This document shows positions 1 through 11,999 of a stretch of DNA of 45,458 nt, one piece after another. The notes below the pieces were generated by a model that had not been told where the DNA came from, searched no databases, and worked only from the letters and a program-made list of their open reading frames with translations. Each line of letters starts with the position of its first letter. Positions within the stretch are counted from its first letter, which is position 1. The stretch is taken from assembly GCF_000485595.1 (NCBI RefSeq), contig NW_014577068.1, forward strand, positions 1,175,130-1,220,587, in the 5' to 3' direction. The position numbers and the translations under genes are program-made. Origin of the DNA: Priapulus caudatus. Taxonomy: Eukaryota.

Positions 1-555
1 CTGCTGGTGCTGATGATGATGCTAAATGGTGGTACTGCTGCTGGTGCTGGTGATGATGCTAGATGGTGGTACTGCTGCTGGTGCTGGTGATGATGCTAAA
101 TGGTAGTACTTGGCTGCTGGTGCTGGTGATGATGCTAAATGGTAGTACTGCTGCTGGTGCTGATGATGATGCTAAGCGGTTGTACTGCTGCTGGGCGTGC
201 TGGTGATGATGCTAAATGCGTAGTACGCTGCTGGTGCTGGTGATGATGCTAAATGGTAGTACTGCTGCTGGTGCTGATGATGATGCTAGATGGTGGTACT
301 GCTGCTGGTGTGGTGATGATGCTAGATGGTGGTACTGCTTGCTGGTGCTGGTGATAATGCTAAGTGGTGGTACTGCTGCTGGTGCTGGTGATGATGCTAA
401 ATGGTGGTACTGCTGCTGGTGCTGATGATGATGCTAAGTGGTGGTACCGCTGCTGGTGCTGATAATGATGCTAAATGGTGGTACTGCTGCTGGTGCTGAT
501 AATGATGCTAAATGGTGGTACTGCTGCTGGTGCTGGTGATGATGCTAAATGGTGA
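1..555. repeat. 37-bp minisatellite (unit ~GCTAAATGGTGGTACTGCTGCTGGTGCTGGTGATGAT); copy of the array at 7060-7883
   Basis: GCTA(A/G)ATGGT recurs at 21, 58 and onward with period 37. The downstream unique sequence 556-1318 matches 7884-8647. Confidence 0.9.
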
Positions 556-1318
556 TTTTGCTGCTGATACCACTGCTATTGCTACTGATTTATGACTGCT
601 GCTCTTGGTGTTTTTGCTCCCGATACGTGCTAATGCTGTTACCGCGTCTACTACTGCTACTAGTCTCGGTCAGTTTAAATTCTTAGCCACATTTAACCGG
701 AGTCCATTATGCAAGTAACATAAATGGCCATGCATATATAAAGGCTAGCCTTGCTCCCGTAGAAAAATACATAGTTTTATGCTAGTTTAGGTGCCATTCA
801 AGTTATAAATATTGGAAATACTGTAATCTATAGCACGCGCTACAGCGCGTAACCAAATATGGATTAAGATTCCTGCGTTTATGAATCGATTTAATGAGAT
901 AATATGATCATATATGCCCACAACAATACCACAACACATACCAGAATTTTCAGATCGGGACTATCGTATCTGACCATGCAATGCGTCTCGTATCACATAT
1001 AATATAGATTTATTGACTAATTACGAAGTTAATATTTGTTTTACTGATAACAGTAAAGTGGCATGAGTATTTTTTGCGCAGTCTGTTTACTTAACAAATA
1101 GGACTAAGCATTACATTGCTCTTCACCGCTATCAAATTCCGTTTCACATATCAATTACTTCATTTGTATAAATATTTCAGTTGGACTTTGATTTTGTAGT
1201 TCACTATAGTTTATATTGGTAGTACAGGTTGAGGTGACTGTATCACACATCCGCAGCGTTTTATTCTCTAAGAGGCACGGGCAGCCTGCGTCCTCTAGGT
1301 TATAGGAAAATATAATAA

Positions 1319-2271
1319 TTCTTCAGCCAAGGTAGTGCGTACTCGGAATACATCAAATCTTGTCACTTGTGTGGCAAGCTTCATCACTTCATCAATATCA
1401 CGCGTTGTGCGTGCTGGACGACTATCAGAACGGGTGAAAGTGGTCTCTTGCTCATCGTCTTCAAGGTTGTAGAAAGATCTGATGTTGGGTGTGATGCGTG
1501 ATCGTTCTGACCATGTGATACAAAACTTGTTCCTGGCTTGATTGCATTGGCCCCGCCATTTTGCATCTTGCATGTTCTGTTGATCCACTCAGTTGCCTGG
1601 CTAGCAGGAACTTGGTTGAAGCGCCTTTTTATCTCTACACAACAAAATTCCCATCAATGAACTCTGCATGAACCTCTAGCGCTGTCTTCTCTAGAAGTTC
1701 CATGTCTGCGAGATAGACCTGTCCCCATCGAGCATAGTTGGTGTGGTCGTAGATGGTGAGCCATGGCAGCATGGCTGCAAAGGATTCAAGATGACGAGTC
1801 CAGTTGCCATCTCTCTCAGCCCTAAACAGCAGTGTTTAATAAAAGACAAAACAAGTGGCCATTGCAAACAAAATAATTGTTTAGGATTTTACAGTGACAA
1901 AGTAGTTTATTGAACGTGTATGATAGTTTAAACCAAAAGATTCGGTGTGAAGATCACATTTGTGTTTCACGATTTGTAAAAATTAAAATTCACTTGTTAA
2001 TTAAACAGCCTAAACACGTGTTTTTGATATTAAAAATAGTTTCTATGGATAGAGCAAACAAAATTGATGTCAATTGATGCACAATGTAAAAAACACAAAA
2101 TCTGACCTTATTTGACATTTTGACCTTAAAAATGACCTTTAAGATCAAAATCGAGGGTGGCATCACCCACATTTTTTCCCCACCATATGACTGATTGATC
2201 TAGCATGGATGCCTGCTATTAACAAAAAATGCACCCCAAAGTAAAAAAATTACATATTGGCTGGTGTACTA
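1319..2271 (-). mobile_element. Partial second copy of the Academ transposon (coding fragment plus one TIR)
   Basis: Collinear with 17657-18629 (NQARNKFCITWSERSRI peptide). Ends TTGGCTGGTGTACTA|AAT and shares the downstream flank. Confidence 0.8.
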
Positions 2272-3414
2272 AATACAGAGATCGAGAATACACTTGTGAT
2301 AATCTGTTAAATTCGAAATTAGAATGTCTTTATTTACTCTTCGTGTTATAGGCAGGGGCGTAGCCAGGATTTTAAAAGTTGTAGGCACGACTATCTGAGC
2401 GGAGTGCCACGTGCCAGCGTATTCTATGCACAACAGCAGGAGTATTATTATAGCCGATATTTTATTGCACAAGACGCAGAAAAAGCCGTGGCGGGTTTTG
2501 CGATGAATCATTTTGTGATAGACGAATTAATGCTGAAATGGGTTCTTCTAATATTAACTATCCCGATGCTTCGCTAGGTACGTCGCGATTCGAAGCACCT
2601 GGTAACGACGGATCGGAAAACTTGGCCATTCTAATGGCCAGATAGTCGTTGGGAATTGGACAATGTGATTTTCAGGAATGTTCAGAATCAGATGGCCAAA
2701 TAATTAGCCAAAATAATTTGGCTAAGGGCAATGTAGACACTGTCTGTGTATTAACTCCTTAAAGTGTTCTGTCTACGGCAACGAAATTCGCATTCAAAAT
2801 CCAAGTATAACAATTCAGTGGTGATCACCACGCAATCGAGTTTTACCTTAGCCATTATTCAGGCAGTCTTATAAGGCAATTACAGTTAATTTGCATACAA
2901 TGATAGAAATAGATCTTTAGTAGTGCAGCCGACTGAAGCAGCACTCAGTTTATATGACATAACATTCTTGGTTTTGCAACCCGCGAGCTTTTACGCGCTC
3001 TCACTTCAATGCTTGTCATAATATTACTATATTCATCACGAACGGTATTTAATCATAGTATACATTTATATAAAACATTAAAAACATTAACAAATTTTCT
3101 AATGCAATTGTAGTTTACGCACATGACAGTATTATGCGACACCAGCCGTTTCAACTTATATTAACAGACGGTGCAGTATTAGGAAGGTGTTTAGGGGCTG
3201 AGGGTGTAGGTGAAATATACGGTGATAACCACTTACTGGCAACGAGTAATATATTTATGCGCGTGTTTATACTCGTGCCACCGTTCCTGCGAACGTTGCT
3301 ATGTCTTTTACATTTACAGATTCTTCTTTCTAATGAGTTCGTATTTTCTAGGGGTTTCTACTTTTGTTTAGCTCTCTCTACAAAAGCATACGCCAGACTA
3401 TGGTTGCGCCATCC

Positions 3415-3677
3415 GTACTCAACCGTGTTAAATTATGACCTTTCTCACCGCAATACAGGCCTTAATTATGTGTAACAAGGCCCGCGTGATTGGTACTTAA
3501 AGGGCAAATAATTTAACCTGCAGTATAATATATAGCCCTTTTACCTCAATCAAAAGCCTTGATACACATAATGTTTGAACGCCGATAAATTATTTTTACC
3601 GTGCTGTTAAATTATGGTAACAAGGGCCTTTGATTGCGGTTCAAAGGATCTATAATTTAGACCGAGCGGTTGAATTA
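3415..3677. mobile_element. Degenerate fold-back/MITE-like inverted repeat
   Basis: 3417-3463 (CTCAACCGTGTTAAATTATGACCTTTCTCACCGCAATACAGGCCTT) is an imperfect reverse complement of 3622-3675. No TSD resolved. Confidence 0.45.
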
Positions 3678-3953
3678 TTTCATACGCGGGAAAATCTAAT
3701 TTATGCTGACATTAAATTATCGTGTAAACATCGACCCTATTGGTTAAATGATCCAATAATTACTGTGGCTTCAATTATTTCAACCGCCGTATAATGATTT
3801 CTCTGAGTACGACGTCGATTCAACATACCCGCATCACGTACAACATTGCTTGTATTGATATCGGCTGACATATCTTGCCGTAAAAATATAATAAGAATTT
3901 GATAGGAGTGTTTATTAGTCCAAGGCACTCATCTCTCCTACCATGTTATTCAG

Positions 3954-5651
3954 TGCTAGAGAATGTTGGACAAGAATACAGAAAACCTGTGACAAACGGT
4001 GTGGAGGCCGCTTATGTCTGGGATATGGCGCAATGGAAATGACTGCTCGCTTTATCTTTCGCTGCAGTTGTCGCCACCTTGAACTCTCCTTATCGTGTAT
4101 ATCTTTCTTGCTGCCGTGCCCATGGTATTTGTGAAGTTAGAGCTGCGATAGGGGAAAGTTTTTAGTATATTATCATTAATCGCGTAAATGTGTGATTTTC
4201 TAACAATCATCCCACGAGGAAGACTAAATCAAAATCGTGATCTATAGATTTTTGCCATGTTTTAAGACGGTCAATTCTATAATGCCTATGGTTAAATCCT
4301 ATCTGGCACGGGCCGCAGCATGTTTTCTTCCAATAAAGTAAGCTTATTTCAATGTAGCCTATAGTTCGAATAACGGATTGTTAGGCCTACTTGCACGCAT
4401 ACGTATAACTACTTACTTGCTCCGCTGTTCGTAAACTTGCCTCACACGAGTCGCTTCGTTGTCGTACGTAAACGTGCTAATACTGAATACAAACCCTACA
4501 AATATATATTTCTACTTTTTTCACATATGGTAAAAACACGTTGTCTTGATTAGAGCGCGCATCCAAGTCGTCCTCGCTGTTCTCTATCGCTGAAATGCGT
4601 CGGAGTAGATGACCTGCGAAAATGCGCTACGCAAGATCCCAAAAAAACAAATAAGACAACTTATGCCAGATTCATGCCAGGAAATTAAACTAATGCAAAG
4701 AGTATTCAGGCAACGTGTTCCTTGACATGATGCGTCACCTTTTATACCCATTTGCATCTATAAAAGAGTACCGCAATCCAACCAACCCGCAAATGTGCCG
4801 ATGCGTATCCGACGCATTAATGCAGGTCGTATTCGTCTAGAAACATGTTATTGCTCACCGCTGATGCTTCTGCTAGAGAACCCAATCTTCACCGATATAA
4901 TTACGACGTCCGAATATGAGGAGAAATAGTCAGTTAACAATGATGTATCAATGGTCAGGTCTTCTTAGCATAGATCAGACGTTCATAGCTAAGGCTCGTA
5001 AATTATCGCGTTGTTTCCTGTTAACAGGGGCTTGTAATCGACACTGCATGATTTAAATCCTAGCCACATGTAGTCTTGCAAATCTATCGCCAACGTGCCG
5101 CCAATTGCGCGTATAACGCAACTTTGATTGCGCAGGTCTAGACAAGTTAACCGTGAAATGAAGTTAAACTGATCGGCTGATATCGGCCATATATCGAACA
5201 ACGACCGTAAACGAAACGTCGTTCGTCTTTATATTGGCTAGGTTTGTGGTGGTCTCTGGTTATTACCGGTGTGCCATCGAATCTGCCAACCTCAGCCGGC
5301 ACGCCGTAAGCATTAGTTTGCGTTATGCTGCTGCGTTAGTTGGACTTCCTGCAGTGCGTGTGCACGGGAATCATTTCTCAATACTGAGGCCGGAGGTTGT
5401 CTGTTAATCGCATAACCAGTTTGCTTGCAGTGTTCACTTACTGCATTGTAACTAGCGTTACCGCCTGGCGCAGACAGAGTAACAGTGTGATTTGCGTTTA
5501 GCGATGCTGTTGCATTTATAATATGTCAGGCGGTGGGTCATCCAATCAAAGTTAGTTCAGGACGTTTCGTGTCTGGTCATTTGCGTTTGTGATACATACT
5601 ATATGGTATATGCGCTATAATACCGACTTAGATGCCTTACAGTCGCGCGCC

Positions 5652-5682
<31 letters not shown>

Positions 5683-7040
5683 TAACTGTGCGCGCTTGTG
5701 TATTGTTGGCGTGTTCATCGCATTTGTGACAATGCATGATATCGCCCCCATAGCGATTGTATGGCGTATAATGCGTAATAGTACGGTGGAAAACTGATGA
5801 AAAGGCGTTTGTGGCGAGAGTTGTTTTTTTTATTTAAATTATAACACGTCTCTATTTCTATAATACAATCTTTTTGAAAACAATTTGTGTTTATACGTAA
5901 CTTGTTATCCCTGTACATACAATTTTGCTTTTTTGTAGACTTGAATTGGGTCATCGTTACATTGGCAACAATTGGGATGTTCGCATCCGGGCGCCACATA
6001 ACGGCATTTGCTACCTGTATAGTGGTGAACTGATATCCACAGTCGTTCGCAACATGGACTTGGAGTAAACTCTACATGGGCACGTGTACAGTTGTCAGCG
6101 ATTCTGCTCCATACGTTGCTTTACTGGTACGTCCCGCGAGTTCTTATTGCCACAACGGTTTGGTCAATCCGTACGTAAAAGCGTAGTATCCACGGATAGA
6201 TATGTCTTTTTTAAATCATATTTTAGAAACGCTTATTTACACATATTTTTCGGTACGATTTACATACCTTATATATATATATATATAGATAACATATGCA
6301 TACATATCAGAAGTAGATAATAGGGAAATTTTCCTATTATTACTTCTGATACATATGTATTTAATGTCCACGTCCTTGTACCTTGTAGCGTTCTTAAGTT
6401 AATGTTCCATTTTGTTTTCCGGTAATATTATGATCAATGAACTTCATATATGTTTATCCCATCATCCAGAGTCTATTTTGTCAGGGTATGTATAGCGGTG
6501 AATATCTCTCGGTCATCTTTGGAGTGTTAGCCACCTCCGCACGTATAGCAGCCCTCTTTCTACCAGAAACAAAAGACGAGACGCTACCAGAGACATTAGA
6601 GATGCGAAAATTTTGGAAAGTGAGTTCATATATTGCGATTTGAACTATTTCGCATACTTTTGTCTGAATGTACATGATTGTTGTGCGGGCTGCTTGAGAA
6701 TTAGGTTTGCTGTTTGTCTTGTGGTTTATCATCGTTTCAATAATCGTTTTTGCTAGAAATTCTTAGCATATATGTCTAGCTTAGTCGCAATGCATAATAA
6801 TAAAGAATTTAATATTAGTTAATTACATGCGCTGTTATTATTAATCCAATAAACAAAACAATTGCCTTTCAATCCCATAATATGTAGCTGGGTTTCAACT
6901 TAAATTCTAATACACAAAAGATCACCATGAATTATGAATGTATCTGCATTTATAGGAATCAGAAGTTTTGGATTCTATACACAGAAAGCCATCAAATGCC
7001 ACTACTGGGCTGCCGCAGAAGGATAGCGCCTATATACTAA
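3954..7040 (+). pseudogene. SLC22 paralog, exons 4-10, with many 1-bp indels (pseudogene or uncorrected sequence)
   Basis: Exon homologues at ~3954-4130, 4554-4700, 4841-4953, 5242-5475, 5939-6126, 6485-6619 and 6956-7040, mostly with AG/GT borders. Peptides such as LFLPETKD..LPETLE and YSGELYPTVVRN. Introns differ in length from the 22431 gene. Confidence 0.8.
6308..6348. mobile_element. 41-bp CA...TG hairpin element with 8-bp TSD ATACATAT (P-family-like remnant)
   Basis: ATACATAT|CAGAAGTAGATAATAGGGAAA TTTTCCTATTATTACTTCTG|ATACATAT. Confidence 0.7.
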
Positions 7041-7059
7041 CGTCATCGCTTTTACTGTG

Positions 7060-7883
7060 GTACTTGTGCTCGTGCTGATGATGATGCTAAATAGTGGTTA
7101 CTGCTGCTGGTGCTGATGATGATGCTAAGTGTGGTACTGCTGCCTGGTGCTGGTGATGATGCTAAATGGTGGGTACTGGCTGCTGGTGCTGATGATGATG
7201 CTAATAGTGGTACTGCTGCTGGTGCTGATGATGATTGCTAAATTGTGTGGTACTGCTGCTGGTGCTGATGATGATGCTAAGTGGTGGTATGCTGCTGCGT
7301 GCTGATGATGATGCTAAGTGGTGGTACTGCTGCTGGTGCTGGTGATGATGCTAAATGGTGGTACTGCTGCTGGTGCTGATGATGATGCTAAGTGTGGTAC
7401 TGCTGCTGGTGCTGGTGATGATGCTAAATGGTAGTACTGCTGGCTGGTGCTGGTGATGAATGCTAAATGTAGTACTGTGCTGGTGCTGATGATGCATCGT
7501 AAGTGGTGGTACTGCTGCTGGTGCTGGTGATGATGCTAAATGGTAGTACTGCTTGCTGGTGCTCGGTGATGATGCTAAATGGTAGTACTGCTGCTGGTGC
7601 TGATGTGATGCTAGATGGTGGTACTGCTGCTGGTGCTGGTGATGATGCTAGATGGTGTCTGCTTGCTGGTGCTGGGTGATAATGCTAAGTGGTGGTACTG
7701 CTGCTGGTGCTGGTGATGATGCTAAATGGTGTACTGCTGCTGGTGCTGAGGATGATGCTAAGTGGTGGTGTACTGCTGCTGCGTTGCTAGGTGCATGATG
7801 CTAAATGGTAGTACTGCTGCTGGTGCTGATGATGATGCTAAATGCTAGTACTGCGCTGGTGCTGGTGATGATGCTAAATGGTG
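7060..7883. repeat. 37-bp minisatellite directly after the stop codon of the SLC22 paralog
   Basis: Roughly 22 tandem copies of the GCT/GGT/GAT-rich 37-mer with scattered indels. Confidence 0.9.
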
Positions 7884-9897
7884 ATTTTGCTGATGATACC
7901 ACTGCATTGCTATGATTTATGACTGCTGCCTCTTGCTGTTTCTGCTCCCGATACGTGCAATGCTGTTACCGCGTCTACTACTGCTACTAGTCTCGCGTCA
8001 GTTTAAAATTCTTAGCCACATTTAACCGGAGTCCATTATGCACAGGTAACATAATGGCCATGCATATATAAAGGCTCCTGCCGTGTCCCTGTAGAAAAGA
8101 AATACATAGTTTTATGCTAGTTTAGGTGCCATTCAAGTTATAAATATTGGACATACTGCTAATCTATAGCACGCGCTACAGCGCGTAACCAAAATGGATT
8201 AAGATTCCTGCGTTTATGAATCGATTTAATGAGATAATTGATCATATATGCCCACAACAATACCACAACACATACCAGAATTTTCAAGATCGGGGACTAT
8301 CGTATCTGACCATGCAATGCGTCTCGTATCACATATAATATAGATTTATTGACTAATTACGAAGTTAATATTTGTTTTACTGAAACAGTAAGTGCATGAG
8401 GTATTTTTGCGCAGTCTGTTTACTTAACAAATAGGACTAAGCATTACATTGCTCTTCACCGCTATCAAATTCCGTCTTCACATATCAATTACTTCATTTG
8501 TATAAATATTTCAGTTGACTTTGATTTTGTAGTTCACTATAGTTTATATTGGTAGTACAGTTGAGGTGACTGTATCACACATCGCAGCGTTTTATTCTCT
8601 AAGAGGCACGGGCAGCTGCGTCCTCTAGGTTATAGAAAAAATATAATAAAAGCACAATAAATAAACTAAAATATTAGATATNNNNNNNNNNNNNNNNNNN
8701 NNNNNNACACATCGGTTGGCGCGAGGTAACAAGAAAAATTTTTGCGTTTTACACAACCCCCCAATGCGCGAAAACGCCCTCCGAGTGTTCATTCTGGTTC
8801 CTGGCCTCCGTTGCTAACGTTGAGAGCACCTCATTCAAATATCACTTTTAACAAAAAACAAACGGAGTTAAAATAGTGTTACGAACGAGTTAAAAATGTT
8901 AAAAAACTGACAAGATCGGATCCTAGTCTTTTTCGGCGGTAAGAGTGTTGAATGAACGGCACGCCGATCAGAAATAGACAGCTTTTTTGGTTTTTTTTAT
9001 TTTTTTCGATGACAGCTTAGAAGAATAGCGTCACCTATATCTAGCCATATTCTTGCTACGTTAATTTCAATAGTTATTTTCCTGTTAGACTCTTTAAACT
9101 CGTCAGCAAGCTTATGGATTTGAATTATGGGTGTTCTTAATAAAAAAGATAACTTGGCCCAAAAAAAAGTGTAGGCCGGGCCTTACAGTGCTACATACTG
9201 GCTACGCCCCTGATAGGAGCTTACTGGAATAAATCTATTCAATGACGTCATAACCGTCGTGCGGTTAGTGCCATTGTTAGTTGTGGGCCACGGGGCCTAT
9301 TGGTTTATCTGAGCTTATTTGGTGCATTCGCCCCAATAATTTGATAATGTGCCTTTGCGAGGCGCTTGAGATTCGCTTGTAATGCTGTTTCATACACGTC
9401 TACGTGAAAGAGAAATGTCAAGAAGGGCGATTATGCGAAATCCCGTTGACTCTAGGGTGGACGGGAAAGGGTGGTAGCGGCTGTCGTTAGTAGGCTATAC
9501 AGAGGGGATTGTAACCAAGTTGGGCTAGTCAGCTTTCATTGTGTACAAAACGTAGGTGAGATCACCTCTTATATCTGACGCCGTTCCAACCATCGGCATC
9601 GGTGACAAGCATAAGTCGTATGCATCGGCCAAGAATTGTTGTGGTATGAGTTATCGAGGAGTTATGTATCCGGCACATAAATCGGTCGCGTGCATTCCAA
9701 GTTACACGTGCGTGTGTGGCAGAGCCGATGCATGCCCCAGTCATCGCGCTCGGACACCATCGGCAATCCACTAATAGGTCGGCAAACGACACATGGCGAA
9801 AAGCTTAAGCAGAAGAAGATCAAAATATAATAACGCGAATGTACACACAGAACCTACACTGATCATATAATTGCCTGACGCCTTCGCTGTGAAGATA

Positions 9898-10620
9898 CGG
9901 AATCGGGACAAGTACCCCTGGACGATTCCCCCCCCCGGAACATTCACCCCGACATTCTACTCGCAGTCAATGACGCTCTTACCCCAAGAATTATCGCAAA
10001 GACGATACTACACTACACGGACTCAAAGGGTGATGATAAATAAACATGCCAAAAGATCAATTGTCACTTTTAGCAAGTTTTTTTTACAGGGTGACTGTCT
10101 CGCGGTGCATTAATCTCGCGCGGTGATTGCCGGGGGAGTGCATCTTCCGTGGTCTACTTACCGAAGAGTCAATACATGGGAGTAATCGTCTATGATGGAT
10201 TATCCAGAAGGTAATTGCTCCGGGGTGATTGTCCCGAAGGCTGATTTTCTGGCCGGCGTCACTGCTAGGGTGAAGTACATGGGGTCGTTATTCAGGGGGT
10301 AATTATCGGACGGTAAGTTTCCGGACGGCAATGGTCCGGAGGTGTCAATATCTCGGGGAGGTAAAGTTTTCCGGGGCAATGGTCCGGGGCGGTGCATTTC
10401 TCGGGGGGTATAAGTGTTTGGCGAGGTGAATATCATAGGCGGTAATTGTCCGAAAGGATAGATTGTCCAACGGTTGATTCTCGCGTCGGGAAGGCAGCAT
10501 GCCCAGGGAACTTCCCCGGCCGGTCGGACGGGGTGATTTCCCAAGGCATGCATATGGATGCCCCCAGGGCTGATTGCCCGGGATACAGATAATTTCCCGC
10601 GAGTAATTGTTCTGGACCCG
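9898..10620. mobile_element. MITE-like element with GGGGT(A/G)ATTGTCC sub-repeats (copy of 20508-21143)
   Basis: Ends CGG..CGGGACAAGTACCCC and GTAATTGTTCTGGACCCG form an imperfect inverted pair, with an internal array of ~15-bp sub-repeats. Confidence 0.6.
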
Positions 10621-11999
10621 ATCAGACATGTTTTCGGGCGTAGTTTCTACAGTTTCTCTCTTTTTGCCCTTAACTTTCAAACGAGTTTTGTACACGAGCG
10701 CAATATAATTTGTCATAGTAGGTTTACCCACATCCAGGTTAGTTGTAACATACACAGAACAGTGTAAATTCAGTATGGCTGCGGTCGTAATGGCTCTAGG
10801 CGTAAATCTTTCTGTATGTACCGCGGGGCATGGCTGCGGTGCGGGCTGGTTTGGCCTATACAATGATTTTCTGAAATGCGATCCGCATGTGAGAGCGCTT
10901 TTCGCGAAGGGATAGAGTTTGTGATTTCTTTCTTTTGATGATTTTGATCCGGCACACGCTCACATGTAACAATTCTATTGACAACCTATTTCGCTCACAT
11001 CACTGACGCCGCTGTTCATTGCACTGCACACGCATCGCATATAACAATATGTATCTAATATTAATTGCTTATGATTATAAAAACTTATGCTGGATTTTTA
11101 TGGTAAAGCTTTATAAATATTTGAGTTTTTCTATGTTTCGCCATCGTATCTTTCATGCTCACACTCTTACTGTCATTTCTAGTTGATATGTGTTTCCATT
11201 TACTTATCTTCAGCATAATCATCTATTAGACATACAGATATGGCCAAACGTTCCTGCCCCTGGCGCACAATCATATGTTGCGATACCACGATCACGCACA
11301 CTGCGCATTGCTTGCGAACGATCATAAATCCAGTTTTATGATACTAGTCCGTTTTTTTAATTATTTTGATAACATTTTAATGAGAGCGACTGGTGTTACG
11401 GAAGTCCAACGCCGCTTATGCACCTTGTGCGACCCTTTATCTATTCTCCCTGTTACTCCTCCAGTGGATATAAATAGCCCAATATAACTCTAGCTTGGTA
11501 GTATTCGCTGCTGAGGCCCCGCTCAACGAAGTCGCGGGAACTACGACTAGCTAAGGGCTAAACGACATCATTCTCCTCGTTCTGCTGAATCGAACTACCT
11601 GGTGACTTTTATCAAATTTGGCTCACTCGTTTTTTTGAGGTGGCTCATGCCAGTAATCCGTGCCCGATGCCAGGATCTCCGCCTCCTTTAATACCTGACC
11701 CTGCGGTTGACCACAACTAGGCCTCGGGAGCCTTGAGGTGGCGAGCCTATGCTCGCCTTTCCATTGTTTCATACTCGACGTGTGTTTTCTTTCAGACTAT
11801 AGATCATTTACCGACATATTATGGCATTAGTTGCTATTTGTCACCAAGCTTACCGCAAAGATACACGGCGTCAGCTTGCTAAGTGAAAGATTCATCGTGC
11901 AGATAGCAGTGACGGCTGTGAGCTTATATATTCTTGCTCCGGCCAGCTATCCATATACTAAATTTAGTTCACTCGTTAGACAGCGAGAGTAGTAGCCAT

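Noticed and set aside
1..555. 37-bp repeat array as a CRISPR or a repeat-protein CDS
   Set aside because: Units are contiguous with no unique spacers, the period is not a multiple of 3, there are no cas genes, and the context is eukaryotic.
10200..10863. Pro/Gly-rich ORFs of 117-172 aa
   Set aside because: They derive from MITE sub-repeats, and the frames are not preserved in the duplicate at 20508-21143.
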